Origin: Prasinococcaceae sp. CCMP 1430
Lineage: Eukaryota > Plantae > Prasinodermophyta
NCBI GenBank assembly: GCA_013416795.1
Contig: RQSC01000806.1
Location: forward strand, 78,512 to 142,511
Length of the DNA: 64,000 bases
Direction: 5' to 3'
Part shown: piece after piece, positions 41,741-54,552 of the stretch
How positions within the stretch are numbered: the stretch's first letter is position 1
Layout of the letters: each line of letters starts with the position of its first letter
Position numbers and translations under genes: made by a program
The notes under the pieces: generated by a model
Told to the model about the DNA's origin: nothing
Databases searched by the model: none
Seen by the model: only the letters and a program-made list of their open reading frames with translations

Positions 41741-43370
41741 TTACCCGATGAGCCCCGTGAAGCGAGCGACGATGAAGAATACTGCGACGCCGATGCAAAC
41801 CAGTATGACCAAGCAGATGAGCCTGTATCGCTGTGTGGACAACTGGAACTTGCGCGCCTTTTGCACCTGCACCTTCGCCTCGAAGGTGTACTCCGTCGCC
41901 TTGGAGACGTGCATCTCTATATTGTCGATCGTCTCGCCCTGCCAGTGCGTGCGCGCTAGCGTCAGCTCGCCCGCCAGAGCGCAGCCGGCGTAGGCGAGGC
42001 AGGCGAACTTGTATCAAGATGTCGCAAGCGTGGCAAACAGCCACAGCAATGGGCCGCGACAGTGGCGCCGACCACCGATATAAAGTGACACATTCGCGCT
42101 GTCTCTTCCCGCGCGTTGCGACCACGCGCCATCGCGCCGCGTTTTTCATCGCAACGCATGCCTCGGACGCTCACGCCGCCCACCATTGACCACTTCACCA
42201 CGTACCTGCTGATCCACCAATGTGGCGAGGTCTGTGAACATCTGGTGCAGCGCGAGCAGTCCCTGTTCAATTTCCTTGACTGCCTCGTGCCGCTCGTGGA
42301 TCTCAGCTACGGTATCCATCACCTGCCCCCTGCCCTGCTCGAGTATGGCCTTCTCGAAGACCTGCTCAGACTCGCCAGTGTCGATGAGCTCCTCGAGCTC
42401 TTCGTCATCAGGCCGCTCACCGGTCACCGTAAACACGCGCCGCTCCACTGTCTTTTTGTAGTCCTCCTGAATAGCCTGGCGTAGCTCGATGAAGTCTACC
42501 ATCGTCGCCCTCAGCCGCTTGGCCATGGTAACTGTCAGCGCCTCGCGCGAGCGCATGGCGGCCGTGTACTTCCCGTCGTTCTCTGCGATGAGCTCGGCGT
42601 TCTCTTGGGCCAGTGCCTCGAGCTTTTTCTTCGTGGCGGCACCCAGCGCGCTAATAGCGCCCATCTCCGAGCGGCTCTTCTCGCGCAGCTCGGCGACCGC
42701 ATCAGCGCGTACAGCCGCATTCGCCTGTTCGTGCAGCTCGCGCATCTTTTGCAGCTTCGACCGCAGCGTGGCATCGCTCTTTTTCACCTCGGCCACCTGG
42801 CGCATGAACGCGTGCATCTCCTTCGACGACGCCGATGCAGCCCCCTCAGACTCATCGGCCTCGCCATTTATCTCCCCATCGCCGCCATCGCCCCCGTCCA
42901 CCACTTCTGCCACGGGGATCTCTGTGGCCGCGGCCTCTTGCTCAGCCGCGCGCGCCGCGGCTACAGCACTCGCTATATCCACGGCACTTGTGTCACGACC
43001 GAAGGGCTCAGCCTCGCTCTCCGGTGGCTCCACGGCGTTGATGCTGATGCTCACGTGGTCGCCTTCAAATGTCATGCCCGTCTTCACATCGTTCTTGCCC
43101 CTGCTCGTTCCCGCCCCAGCGCGGTCACTCGTCCGCTGCACAAGGACGAGCGCGCGCGCGCGCGTGCGTCAGCGGCGCGGTGTACACGTGACTCCCGGCG
43201 CCACCCCACGCCATGATCGGCACCAAGTAGCCATTGTCTAATCAACGCACCGCCTCCACTCGAGCATCGGCATCTGCCACCCCCGTTGCCCACGCAGGCG
43301 TGCCTCCCCCCCCGCCGCCAGTCAGATCGCCGAAAGGGTTGCTGCTGCCACCACCGAGCAGGTCGTTCAT
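41741..43370 (-). CDS. Plasma-membrane syntaxin (SYP1/Qa-SNARE); exons 43370-43251, 43135-42206, 41938-41741
   Basis: MNDLL start, VERRVFTVTG, LIDTGESEQVFEKAILEQGRGQ, EIHERHEAVKEIE, QQ|GETIDNIE, C-terminal TM. Confidence 0.92.
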
Positions 43371-43912
43371 GGTCGCGCAGATGGCCCGCCTTGCCCCCCG
43401 TGCACCGTGGCGGCACGCCCCTGGCGCGTCGCGGCGCCTCCCGTGCGAGATCCAACGCCTGCGGCGCGGTCGGCGCACGCCTTTGCGGCGCTGCCTGCGC
43501 CGCGGCCGGTGCGGCGCGCGCGCGCGCGCAGTGTGGTGGTGGTGGGTGTTTGGCGTTTCCGCCGTTTATTTTTCCTTTGAATCTCTTCAACTTTTGACAC
43601 GCGCGCACCCGGAAGGTCAAGGGGCTGGTCGTGCCCCCCAGCATGCGCCTTGGCGCGGGGGGAGGGTGTGGGGGTGTGGGTGGGAGTCCATCGGCGGCGC
43701 CCGACGTTAGGTCGGCCTCATCAGCGAGCCCGCCTCCCCCTCCCCTCCCAGTCGCTCCCTTGCATCGAGGCAGAGAGAGGCGCACACGCGCGTGGCTGGC
43801 AGCGCCGAGTCCGGGCGGCGCCCAATTGTACTTGACTTAATCGAGCGAGCTATGGGTACAGGTACAGGTAACACAAAGTACAAGGCGCGGGAGGGGCGGC
43901 GAGGGCGCGGCT

Positions 43913-44867
43913 CTAGATGAGGAGAACGGCCAGGATCATGCCGGCGGTCATGACCACGAAGAGCGCCGCGGTCCAGCCCGCGAGACCGCTGTCGGCGATG
44001 GCTTCGCGCCCATCACCGCCACCGCAGTCGTAATTGCACAGGGCGGCGAGCACCCCGCGCCCGGCGCCGATCATCTCGTGCACGACGTCGAGCGCCGGCC
44101 GCAGATTTCGCACGACGAGCGCGAGCACAAGCATGCCCACTAGTCGCATGTCGCTGTACTTCCCCCCGCCGCTCTTGTAGTACTGCGGGGCAGGCGCGGG
44201 TCAGCACGAGCCCCACGGAGCGCGCAATCGTCTCGGGCATGCAACAGGCCCAGGCGCGTGCGCCTACGCAGCTTCACCCGGAGGCTCGCGCGCGCTCAAG
44301 TACTCAGCAGCAGCGCAACGGCCTCACCAGCGTATCGAGGTCGTACTTCTGCCTGGCCGCCCTGTCGCTCACGACAGCGCCGTCGCCGCTGCTCGTACTC
44401 TCGCTGTCGAGCTCGCACAAGAGCGCCGCCAGCGCGTGCAGTCGCGCTGCACGTGGTCGCGCGCCCAGCAGCCCTCGCAACCGCGTCGCGCCGTACCGCC
44501 CCTGCTGTGCGCTCTTGCCGCCCGCGCCACTGCCCGCCCCGTCACGCACGTTGGTCTCCTCGACGGTCGGCGCGCGCCCGCGTCCGTGCACCGGCACCAC
44601 GCCCTGCCGCCCCACGGGCGCCTTGCAGGCAGGGCACGTCGGCTGCGTCGCGTTGCGCTCGTTCGCCACCTGCCACGCGCCGAGGCACTCCCAGCAGAAC
44701 AGGTGTCCGCAGGTGGTCACCACGGGGTCGCACGCGGCCTCCATGCACACGTAGCATTCCCACATGCCCACCGCGCCGTCCCCTCGCGCAGCGCTGGGCA
44801 CGCGACGCAGCCCCCCCACGTCGGCGCCTGACGAGACCTCCCCGCCCCTCTCGCTTCCGCCCACCAT
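43913..44867 (-). CDS. RNF5/RMA1-like RING-HC E3 ligase with C-terminal TM segments; intron 44327-44183
   Basis: ECYVCMEAACDPVVTTCGHLFCWECL...CPACKA...VVPVHGRG. Confidence 0.8.
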
Positions 44868-44926
44868 CTCGGCCACCGCCGTATCCGCGCGCTGACCGCC
44901 CTCGTCCGCACGCACCGCGCGCGCAG

Positions 44927-45264
44927 CACGTCGAGCGCGAGGAGGAGGCCGCGCGCGCCGAGCGCGAGCAGGAAGAGGAGGGCGACAAGATGCGCGCGCT
45001 GGAGAACAAGACGAAGCAGTCCAAGCGAGAGATGGAGCTGCTCGAGGCGCTCGACGAGATGACGCACCTCCGCCGCCGGCAGGAAATGGCCGGGCCCGAA
45101 GCGGCGCTGCGGGCGCTCCACGCCGCGGAGTACGCCAAGGAGCCCGAGGGCGACACCGAGCTGGAGGCCGTCGGCGGCGTCGGTGGGAGCGAGGGCGCCG
45201 GCGGTAGCGGCGGCGGCGCGGACGCCGGAGCGCAGGCGGCGGCCAGCCTGGCCGCCGAGGCTGA
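44927..45264 (+). CDS. YJU2: Isolated internal exon of splicing factor YJU2/CCDC94, running into a gap
   Basis: EEEGDKMRALENKTKQSKREMELLEALDEM matches the CCDC94 coiled region (recalled); CTGAC branch at ~44892 and AG at 44925-44926. Confidence 0.65.
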
Positions 45265-45662
45265 NNNNNNNNNNNNNNNNNNNNNNNNNNNNNNNNNNNN
45301 NNNNNNNNNNNNNNNNNNNNNNNNNNNNNNNNNNNNNNNNNNNNNNNNNNNNNNNNNNNNNNNNNNNNNNNNNNNNNNNNNNNNNNNNNNNNNNNNNNNN
45401 NNNNNNNNNNNNNNNNNNNNNNNNNNCGCCGCCGCGGCGGGTCAGTCGGCGCCGCCGCCGGCGCCGCGCCCGTTCGTTCGCGAGCGGCTGACCGAACGGG
45501 CGCAAAACGCAGAGGATGCGTGCAAAAACACAAGGGGCACAGTTTCTGGCATCTCTGTTGCGCACACTCATTAAAAACACCCACGGGAACACACAATGAG
45601 TCATACAGTGGCGCCAGGGTAGTAGGGTGTCACAAAGCCTATGGGTCGATCTAGCTAGCTAG

Positions 45663-46400
45663 CTAGCGCACGCAGCAGACGGCCATGCCGTCGCCGACGG
45701 GCGCGAGCGCATGGTCGACCCGCTCGTCGGCGTACACGAAGTCGTTGAACTCGCGCAGCGCGGCGGTGGTCTTGTCATCCACGCCGGGGTCGGCGCACTT
45801 GCCGTACCACAGCACGTTGTCCACGATGATGAGGCCGCCGGGCCGCACGAGTTTGAGACACTGCTCGTAGTAACCCATGTACCCCCGCTTGTCCGCGTCG
45901 ATGAACGCGAGGTCGAAACTCGCGTGGTTGTCCTCGTCGTCCAGAAGCGCCTCCAGCGTGTCCTTTGCAGGCCCGAGACGCGCGTCGATGCGATGCGCGA
46001 GGCCCGCCCGCTCAAAGTGCGCCTCGGCCTCGGCCATCGCCTTCGGGTCGCGCTCGCACGCGACGAGCGTTCCCCCCTCCTCGAGCGCGTCAGCAATCGC
46101 GAGCGCCGAGTAGCCCGTGAAGACGCCCACCTCAAGTGCCCTCGTGGCGCGCAAGGACCTCACCAGCACTCGCAGCAGCGCGCATTGCTCGGGCGCGCTC
46201 AGCATGTTGGCGCCGCGCTCCTTCGCTGCCGTCTGCTCGCGGCACGCGGCCATGGCCGGCGGCTCGCGCGTGTGCGACAGCACGTACGCGTACTGGCGCG
46301 ACGGCGCATCCGCCTCGAACGCAGCCGTTAGCGCCGCAGCGTTCGAAGGCGTCGAAGGCCCCTCGAGCTTCTTGTGTGCCTTGCCATCCCCACCCGCCTC
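45663..46400 (-). CDS. CCoAOMT-like cation-dependent O-methyltransferase (Methyltransf_3); 5' end uncertain
   Basis: LEVGVFTGYSAL, FDLAFIDADK, LVRPGGLIIVDNVLWYG, PVGDG. Confidence 0.9.
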   Translation of the reverse strand, partial: EAGGDGKAHKKLEGPSTPSNAAALTAAFEADAPSRQYAYVLSHTREPPAMAACREQTAAKERGANMLSAPEQCALLRVLVRSLRATRALEVGVFTGYSALAIADALEEGGTLVACERDPKAMAEAEAHFERAGLAHRIDARLGPAKDTLEALLDDEDNHASFDLAFIDADKRGYMGYYEQCLKLVRPGGLIIVDNVLWYGKCADPGVDDKTTAALREFNDFVYADERVDHALAPVGDGMAVCCVR

Positions 46401-46610
46401 ACTGCCTCCCGCATCGCGATGCGCCGCCCACTTGCGCTGGCCGCTGCCGAACGCGCCGCTCCGCGCGCCGACGCCCAAGCCGCCACAGCCGCCTCCGCCT
46501 CCGCCTGGGCCTGAGCAGGGCCCGAGCCCGCCTCTCCCTCCAGCGCCACGCCCATCGCCTCGCCCACCGCGGACACTGCTGCTGCAGGCTCGCCGGCGGC
46601 GCGCGCCGCN

Positions 46611-47095
46611 CCGGCGGTCGCGCGCGTGCGCGCGCTGCTGGGCCGGCGGTGTCGCGCGACGCTCGCAGACGGCCGCGCGCTCGAGGGCGCGCTGCACTGC
46701 GCCGACAAGCAGGGCAACATCATACTCACCGACACCGTCGAGACGCGCTCGGCGCCTGAGGGTGCGCACGCGCGACGCCCGAGCGATAATGGCGGCCTCG
46801 CCCCAAACCCCCGAACCTCTGCGCGTTCGCGTGTCGCTCGCGCACGCATGCGCTGGCTGCCGCGCGCACGCGTGCGCGCACGCGTGCTGGCACGCTCGCG
46901 GCGGTGGATGGGTCTCTGCGCACCTTGTGCGTGTGGCTGACGCGCGCACTCACGCCTCGCACAGGCTCAAACGCGGCGGAAACGACGCAGACGCGCACGC
47001 TCGGCATGGTGCTCATTCCCGACAAACATCGCGTGGGCTTCGAGGTGGAGGCGACCGACGAGGAGCGCCTGGAGTGGATGTCGCTCGGTGACTGA
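46611..47095 (+). CDS. NAA38: Sm-fold NatC auxiliary subunit NAA38/LSMD1/Mak31; intron 46762-46964; start at the N at 46610
   Basis: VRALLGRRCRATLADGRALEGALHCADKQGNIIL...RTLGMVLIP. Confidence 0.75.
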
Positions 47096-47419
47096 TGCTT
47101 GGGGAGCGCGCGCCACACTCGCCGTTCACCTCGGCCAGGGCGCCTCCATTGTATATATATTTATGTGGTCCCTATTTCCGTCGAGGACGGGCCAGGGCGC
47201 GCGTCTGTGCGGGCGGTGGCGCGCTGTCCGCGCTCTCATCACACGCGCCGTGCGCGGGCGCAAGGCTCTGGTCGCATCCATCGCGTGGACTTACACGAGC
47301 GCAAGCGCAGAGGCGAGCCGCGCACCCTGTTCCAGCACCGTCTGCCTCCACCGCGGCCAGCCGCCCACTCGCCCAAAACATCCACCCCACGCTTAGGACG
47401 ACGAAATTGCGACTAAAAC

Positions 47420-48469
47420 CTAGGGCATCTCGGCCGCCTTGAGCTCGCTCGAGAGCGCGATCCACTTGTCGAGAACCTCGCCGGCCTTGCCGCTCTCCTG
47501 CGCCTCCTTGGCCATCGCGACGCCCTCAGCGATCGTCGCGGCACGCTCGGCCGCCGCGAGTGCCACGCCCGCGTTGAGGTTGAGGTTGTCGGCCACGGGG
47601 CCCTTCTCGCCACCCATGACGTCGCGCAGCATCTGCGCATTGACCTGCTTCGTGCCGCCGATGAGGTCCTCAATGGTGCACTTGGGCAGGCCGAGCTCGG
47701 CGGGGTCGATGGTGTACTTCCTGATGCCCGCCTTGGTGACCTCGGTGACGTCCGCGGGCGCCATGGTGGTGAGCTCGTCGAGGCCCGCCTGGTGCACCAC
47801 CAGCGAGCGCGTCGTGCCGAGCTCGAACAGCGAGTCTGCCATCAGCTCCACCAGGTCCTCCGAGAAGACGCCCACCAGCGCGTAGGGCGCCATTGCGGGG
47901 TTGAGCATGGGGCCCAGGATGTTGAAGACCGTGCGCACCTTGAGGCTGCGGCGAATGGGCACGACGGTTTTCATGGCGGGGTGAAAGCGCGGGGCGAACA
48001 TGAAGCCCATGCCCACCTCGTTGACGCAGCGGCTGACGCTCTCGGGCGAGAGGTCCACCGCCACGCCGAGCTCCTCGAGCACGTCCGCCGAGCCGCACAG
48101 CGAGCTGACCGAGCGGTTGCCGTGCTTGGCGACCTTGGCGCCCGCGCCCGCGGCGATTATGCACGCGCCCGTTGAGATGTTGACGGTGCCCACGCCGTCA
48201 CCGCCGGTGCCCACGATGTCCAGCACGTCGTCCCCCGCGTCCACCCGCAGCGCGTTGTTGCGCATGCCGCGCGCCATGCCCGCCACCTCCTGCGCCGTCT
48301 CGCCCTTGGCGCGCAGCAGGCACAGGAACGCCGCCGCCTGCGTCGCGTCCGCGCCGACGAGCATCGCCTCGAGCGCCTCCTCGGTCTCCTTCATGGTGAG
48401 GTCCTCGCGGCGCATCAGCTTCTCGATGTACTCCTTCATCTCCCCGCCGCCCGCCGCCGCCGCCGCCAC
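47420..48469 (-). CDS. trpD: Anthranilate phosphoribosyltransferase; transit peptide unresolved near N 48536
   Basis: DIVGTGGDG, NIST, VAKHGNRSVSS, GSADVLE, FAPRFHPAM, RTVFNILGPMLNP. Confidence 0.96.
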   Translation of the reverse strand: MAAAAAGGGEMKEYIEKLMRREDLTMKETEEALEAMLVGADATQAAAFLCLLRAKGETAQEVAGMARGMRNNALRVDAGDDVLDIVGTGGDGVGTVNISTGACIIAAGAGAKVAKHGNRSVSSLCGSADVLEELGVAVDLSPESVSRCVNEVGMGFMFAPRFHPAMKTVVPIRRSLKVRTVFNILGPMLNPAMAPYALVGVFSEDLVELMADSLFELGTTRSLVVHQAGLDELTTMAPADVTEVTKAGIRKYTIDPAELGLPKCTIEDLIGGTKQVNAQMLRDVMGGEKGPVADNLNLNAGVALAAAERAATIAEGVAMAKEAQESGKAGEVLDKWIALSSELKAAEMP

Positions 48470-49545
48470 CGCCGCCGCGCGCTGCGGCCATCATCGCTCG
48501 GAGCTCAGCGCCTATGCCACCAGACCCTGTGACAGNCCGCGCGCCGCGCGCGCGGCCGCCGCGGCCGCCATCCTCGCCCGGAGAGAGGGAGGTCTGCTCT
48601 GCCCTCCTCGCGCCCGCCGAGTGGCGACACCCCTCCCTCCCCTCCCCCACCCTTCCCCACGGGACCGCCCCCATCCCCGTCCCCGCGCCCCCGCATCGTC
48701 ACCCTAAGCACAGCCGCAATCCGCACCCGATCCCCCCACACACACCACGCGCACCCACACCACAGCAATCCGATCCGCGCACGCGCCAAGGCCGCAGCAG
48801 CGCGGACGGGGCGCCGGCCCCGGCGGCGAAACGGCCATCACTTTGCACCCCGGCTCAGAGACGACGTGGGGGGTGATGGGACGACGCGCCTCCGTCGTTG
48901 CGAAGGCGCGCTCAGAAACGGATGGGGGGTGATCGGAGGGCGCGTCCAGATCAGTCTGCAAGAGGGCGCAGAAATGGGTTAGGGGGAGGGTTTGTGTATG
49001 AGGAGTCAGAGATGGCTCCTCCCTGGTGCGCCCGGGCCCGCCCGAACCGGGGGCGCTGCCGACCCAAACACACGTGTGTTGTATGCGTGCGTTTCCACGT
49101 CAAGCCGTCCGTCGCACGATAACATGCTCATACACATGCATCATATCATGCTCAGGTAAGAGAACCCTAGACCACACCGTGACTTAACCCAAAATGAGGT
49201 TCGGGGTTCCCGCGACCCTGGAGGATGGGCGGAGTCACGCGGTTTGGGTTTGAGGGGGGTACTGTACCTCACAGGAGCGGTGACGTGCGAGGCGCGCTTC
49301 GAAGCTCGAACGCTCCCGCCTGGCCAAGCGGCGCGCGCGCTGGAACGAGTTTTAGGCGGGCGTAAATCCGCCTGGCGAGGGCGACGATTCCACACCTCTG
49401 TACTCTACATAGGGTTTACTGCCATTTTAGGGTTTAACCCCTCGGAAGAGATTGACGGAAGCTATGACGTAAGTGACCGCCCAAGTAGCTTCTGAAGTAC
49501 AGACGGGTTGTCACCCGCTGCCGTCGCGCGCGTTGCACCCGCCAT

Positions 49546-50000
49546 CCTCGTCACCCCGTCGCAACAAGCAGAAGCTTCGATCGTCTTCCCGCGTTGTGTT
49601 TTCCTCCTCGCCTCCCGCCTCCGGCGAGGGTGCACCTCGCCCCCGTCAACGAACTCATGCGCCTCGTCATCCCGTCGCCAACAAGCAAGCAGAAGCTTCC
49701 TCTTCTTCCCGCGGCTTTGTGTTCCTCCTCGCCCCTCGCCTCCGGCGGAGGGGCACCTCGCCCTCATCAACTGATGAGGTCTTACCAACCGTACGGTGTG
49801 CGCGCGCGCGTGCGCGTGCCAGCGCCCGAACGACGGGGAACCAACCGCAGATCAAAACGAATGCGCGGGAGTGCGTCGCGCGCAGGAGCGCGGCGCGCGC
49901 GCGCAGCGTGCCAACTCGTCTACAGCAGTACTAACGACGTTCAACCAACCGCAGGTCAAAACGAATAAGCATGAGTGCGTCTCGCGCAGGAGCGCGCGTC
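49546..50000. repeat. Two pairs of diverged tandem repeats (~105-116 bp spacing) beside a 700-N gap; probable TE or satellite remnant
   Basis: Units at 49546 and 49662 share cctcgtca..aacaagcagaagcttc..gcacctcgccc; units at 49839 and 49943 share aaccaaccgcagRtcaaaacgaat. Confidence 0.7.
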
Positions 50001-50842
50001 GGGGCGGGTGCATGGGTGGGTGGGTGGGTCGTGTGGGTGTGTGCGTGGGTGGGTGGGTCGTGTGGGTGTGTGCGTACGTGACTGGGTGGCCAAGGCGCGC
50101 GCGGTGGGCGCCCGGGCGCGCGCGCGCGCCACACCGCGCGCCNNNNNNNNNNNNNNNNNNNNNNNNNNNNNNNNNNNNNNNNNNNNNNNNNNNNNNNNNN
50201 NNNNNNNNNNNNNNNNNNNNNNNNNNNNNNNNNNNNNNNNNNNNNNNNNNNNNNNNNNNNNNNNNNNNNNNNNNNNNNNNNNNNNNNNNNNNNNNNNNNN
50301 NNNNNNNNNNNNNNNNNNNNNNNNNNNNNNNNNNNNNNNNNNNNNNNNNNNNNNNNNNNNNNNNNNNNNNNNNNNNNNNNNNNNNNNNNNNNNNNNNNNN
50401 NNNNNNNNNNNNNNNNNNNNNNNNNNNNNNNNNNNNNNNNNNNNNNNNNNNNNNNNNNNNNNNNNNNNNNNNNNNNNNNNNNNNNNNNNNNNNNNNNNNN
50501 NNNNNNNNNNNNNNNNNNNNNNNNNNNNNNNNNNNNNNNNNNNNNNNNNNNNNNNNNNNNNNNNNNNNNNNNNNNNNNNNNNNNNNNNNNNNNNNNNNNN
50601 NNNNNNNNNNNNNNNNNNNNNNNNNNNNNNNNNNNNNNNNNNNNNNNNNNNNNNNNNNNNNNNNNNNNNNNNNNNNNNNNNNNNNNNNNNNNNNNNNNNN
50701 NNNNNNNNNNNNNNNNNNNNNNNNNNNNNNNNNNNNNNNNNNNNNNNNNNNNNNNNNNNNNNNNNNNNNNNNNNNNNNNNNNNNNNNNNNNNNNNNNNNN
50801 NNNNNNNNNNNNNNNNNNNNNNNNNNNNNNNNNNNNNNNNNN

Positions 50843-52064
50843 GGGCGGCGAAGGCGCGGGCGGCGGCCACGTCCAGGGATGGCGCGAGGCTGCGGTCCGC
50901 ACGGCGGCGGTGGAGCCGGGAAAAGTCTACCTGGTGCGTGGGCGCGTCGCAGCTGCGCCCACCGCCGCGCTCGCCGCTGACGCGGCCGCGCTCGCTGGCG
51001 CCGGGCCGCGCGTGCTGCCGCGGCACTCATCAGGTGGGCACGCCCATTGGCAACCTTGGGGACATCACGCTGCGCGCGCTGCAGACGCTCGAGGCCGTTG
51101 ACCTGGTGCTCGCCGAGGACACGCGCCGCGCGGCACAGCTGCTCGCGGCGTACGGCATCTCTCGCAAGGAGCTGCTGTCCTACCACGAGCACAACGCGGC
51201 TGCGCGCGCCCCACAGGTGCTCGCACGGCTCGCAGCGGGCTCGAGCGTCGCGCTCGTGTCAGACGCGGGCATGCCCACCGTGTCCGACCCGGGAGCGGAG
51301 CTCGTCGCAGCCATGTGCGGCGACGTTGGAGTTGCGCAGGCTGCGACCTCCGCGCCCGGGAGCGGCGGCGGCGGCGGCGACGTTGTGCCGGTGCCGGGTG
51401 CGAGCGCCGTGCTAGCCGCGCTCGCTGCGTCGGGGTTCCGCCATGGGCGCTCAGCGTTTGAGTTCGCTGGATTCTTCCCGCCAAAGGCCGCAGCGCGGCG
51501 AAAGGCGCTGCGCGAAGTGAGCGCGAGGGCGCACCCCGTGGTGGCGTTCGCACCCCCGCACAAGCTTGCGGCCATCCTGGTGGACGCCAAGGAGGCTATG
51601 GGCGGAGACAGACGCGTTCTCGTGGCGAGGGAGTTGACGAAGTTACACGGTGCGTGAGCGCAAATGCAAGTGCCTCTTCCGCCCCTTCCCCATTGCCCGC
51701 TCGCGCGCTCTCGCACTGACGCGCGCGCGACCCGTCGCATACGTGTGCCGTCGCAGAGGAGCTCTGGCGCGGCACGCTCTCGCAGGCGGCCGAGTCCTTC
51801 GCAGACGGGTGCAGAGGAGAAGTCACGCTTGTGTTCGACGCCGCGTCAGCGAGCCCCAGCGAAGGCGCCGGTCATACCGACGTCGTCGGCGGCAGCGCCG
51901 TCGGCGAAATCGAAGCCGCGCTTCGAGCCGCGCTAGCTGACGGCGAGCGCGTGAGCGCAGCGAGCCGGCGCATTGCCAAGGAGAGAGGCATCAGCCGCAG
52001 CCGGGTGTACGACATGGCCCTTGCCGTTCAGCAGGAGCACGAAGCAGAGCAAGGGCTCCAGTAG
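50843..52064 (+). CDS. rsmI: RsmI 16S rRNA 2'-O-methyltransferase (organellar); introns 50934-51033 and 51650-51756; 5' end in gap
   Basis: YL|VGTPIGNLGDIT, AEDTR, SYHEHN, VSDAGMPTVSDPG, ARELTKLH|EE. Confidence 0.92.
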
Positions 52065-52228
52065 CAAGCTCTAGCTAGAGAGTAGGGAGTAGTGGGGGCT
52101 GGATGGCGTCCTCTGGAGAGTCACCGCGACGCACTCGAGAGGCTAGGTGGCTATCGTAGCTGAGACAGGACACGTTGTACAAAATGCACGAGCCGCGGCT
52201 TACCGAGCGGCGCGTTGCCGCGCTCGAG

Positions 52229-54552
52229 CTAGATGCCGTGCCTGCTGCGGTACTCCTCGATCGTGAGGACGTGCGTGGGCACCTCCATCAGGTTGGAGCG
52301 CGGCGGCAGGTGCTTCAGCGTGTGGCCGAAGCCGGCCAGCGACCCCTGCTCGCCCATCTGCGCATTGCCGTTTGCCACCATCTGCAGCCGCCCCATGTCA
52401 ATCTTCAAGTTGGGGACATGCGACACCAGCGCCTCGAATGAGGCATCCACGCCGCCCTCGGGCGCTGCGGCATCCTCCTCGTCAGCTTCGTCGGCCTCGT
52501 CGCCGCTCGCACCGCCCTTGTTTTCGCCGTCGCTCGCGCCGTCGCGCTGCCTGTTGACGTTGAAGTAGCGCTGTGGCCTCGTCTTGCGCCGCGCGAAGGG
52601 GTCCTGCGCGTCCTCCATTCCCTCTTGCACCACCATGGAGCGCTCCGGATTGAGCTTCTTGCGGAGCGCGCCCCCCGCCTGATCCTGCTTGACAGTCCAC
52701 TTCTTGTTGCGGTCATTGATCGACGACATCGACACTTTCTGCTTGCGCATCTCCTCGGCGCGCTCCTCCCACAGCCGCTCGTCGAGCGCGGCCAGCTGCG
52801 CACCCGTCTCCTCGGCCTTCTCCGCGTCGCCATCGGCCAGCGCGAGCTGGCGCACCTTTTCCAGGCGCGCCTTCTCTCGCGCGCGCCCCTCGCGCACAAG
52901 GCCCTTGGCGCGTTTCTCCTCGATCATGAGCTTGACGTCCTGCGCCTTGAACGTGTAGTTGCGAGCGGCGTCGAGCTGACGCTGGACCTTCTCCACGTCG
53001 CGCCGCGTGATCTCGCGGTTGGCCATGCCCATGAACTTTGTGAAAAAGTAGAATTCGGTGTCGAGGATGTCGAGGTTGTTGCTCACCTCGCGCATGGGCA
53101 TGCGACGCTGATTCTCGCCCATTGAGACCATCAGGTACAGCGTCGTCGTCTTGTCCCTGTTCTCGCGCCCGCCGAACGCATATTGTTTGCCCACCTCGTC
53201 TTCGCGGTTGACGACGTCTGCAATCTGCACCAGCCGGTACATGTGCTCGCCGTCCTGATTCGCGCCGATGTGCACGCGCACCATCGCGTTTTTCACGGCC
53301 TCCTCGAAGAACGGCTGGTCGACCCACTGTGCCAGTTTGTCGCGGCTGAGCATGATCTTGCGGAAGTCGTCGATGGTCGCCGGTGGCGAGTCCTCCTCAG
53401 GCTCGTCGTCGGAGTCGCGCCGCCCTCCGCGCCGCCGGCGGCCGCCCTCGCCCCGCGCCCGCCCGCCACGCGCGCCTGCGCCAATCAACTCCTCGTCCTC
53501 GTCCGACAGCTCCACCCCGTAGTCTTCGTCAGACTCATACTGCGCGCCACGGTCGTCGAAATCATCGTCGTCCACGCGCTCGCGTCCCGCGAGCTCGTCG
53601 TCGATGTCGCGCTGCCTGCGCTCCTTGGCCTTCTTGCGAGCGACCAGGCCGTCGAGCGCAGTACGCGCCGTTGTCTTCTTCTTGGGCGCCGCCGCACGGC
53701 TGCGAGTCTTTGTCGCCGGGCGCTTCGCCGCTTTGCGTGCAGCACGCTTCAGAGAGAGGGGAGGAAGGTGGGTGGCGGGTGGGAGTGGGCGCGTGCGCGA
53801 GGGCGTGCGTCAGAAGGGGCAGGCTTGGCGACGTGCTGTGCTTAGGGTTACCCCAAACGTTCGCATCACCGCTAGGGCTCGCCGCAGCCGTGCAAGCTGT
53901 GGGCCGCGCACTGCCCCATGGGCGCAGCAGCCACAGCGCCGGGTCCTAAGACCACACTTTGCTCGGCCCCGCGTCCCTTTCTTCAGCGCGCGCGCGCGCA
54001 CAAGACAGAGATAGGCAGCGGCTACATCGCACAGGCGTGCGCGCACCGCCAGCACGCACGAGCTGTGCGGAGCGCACGCAAACGTACCGCCGCGTTCTTC
54101 TGCCTGCGGATATTGTTGGTGTCTCTCGTTTCCTGGCGCAGCTCCGCACGCCGTGCGAGCTCCTCCTCGCGGTCGAACTCATTCATCGCCATGAGTCGCG
54201 CGCGGTCGTCCTCATCGCCGAAGAACTCGTCGTCATACTCGTCCTCGCTGAGCAACGGGAGCTCGCCCTCGGACTCATCGTCGCTGGCGTCCCCTCCAGC
54301 GGCGCGGCGCTTCTTGAGCGGGCGCGCGCGCTTCGTCCCGCCCGCCGCCCCCTCGCCTTCCCCGTCGTCCGATGACGCCCCGCCGCCCATGTCGATGTCC
54401 TCGTCCGTGTCGCTCAGGCCCGCTCCGGGCCCCGCGCCCGCGCCGCCCTCGTCGTCGTCCGAGTCGTCGCCGATCGCGCGCCGGCGGCGCTTGGCGCCGC
54501 CGGCGCCGCCGCGCCCCATCTGCAGGAGCTCGGCATCGAGGTCGTCATCCAT
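52229..54552 (-). CDS. RTF1: PAF1 complex subunit RTF1/VIP5 (Plus3 domain); intron 54087-53747
   Basis: DEDDRARLMAMNEFDREEEL, IMLSRDKLAQWVDQPFFEEAVKNAMVRVHIG, DPFARRKTR. Confidence 0.9.

Noticed and set aside
4186-54087. Possibility that the introns are introner elements
   Set aside because: By eye the introns share only splice and branch motifs and CG runs, not extended sequence identity; an all-versus-all alignment would settle it.
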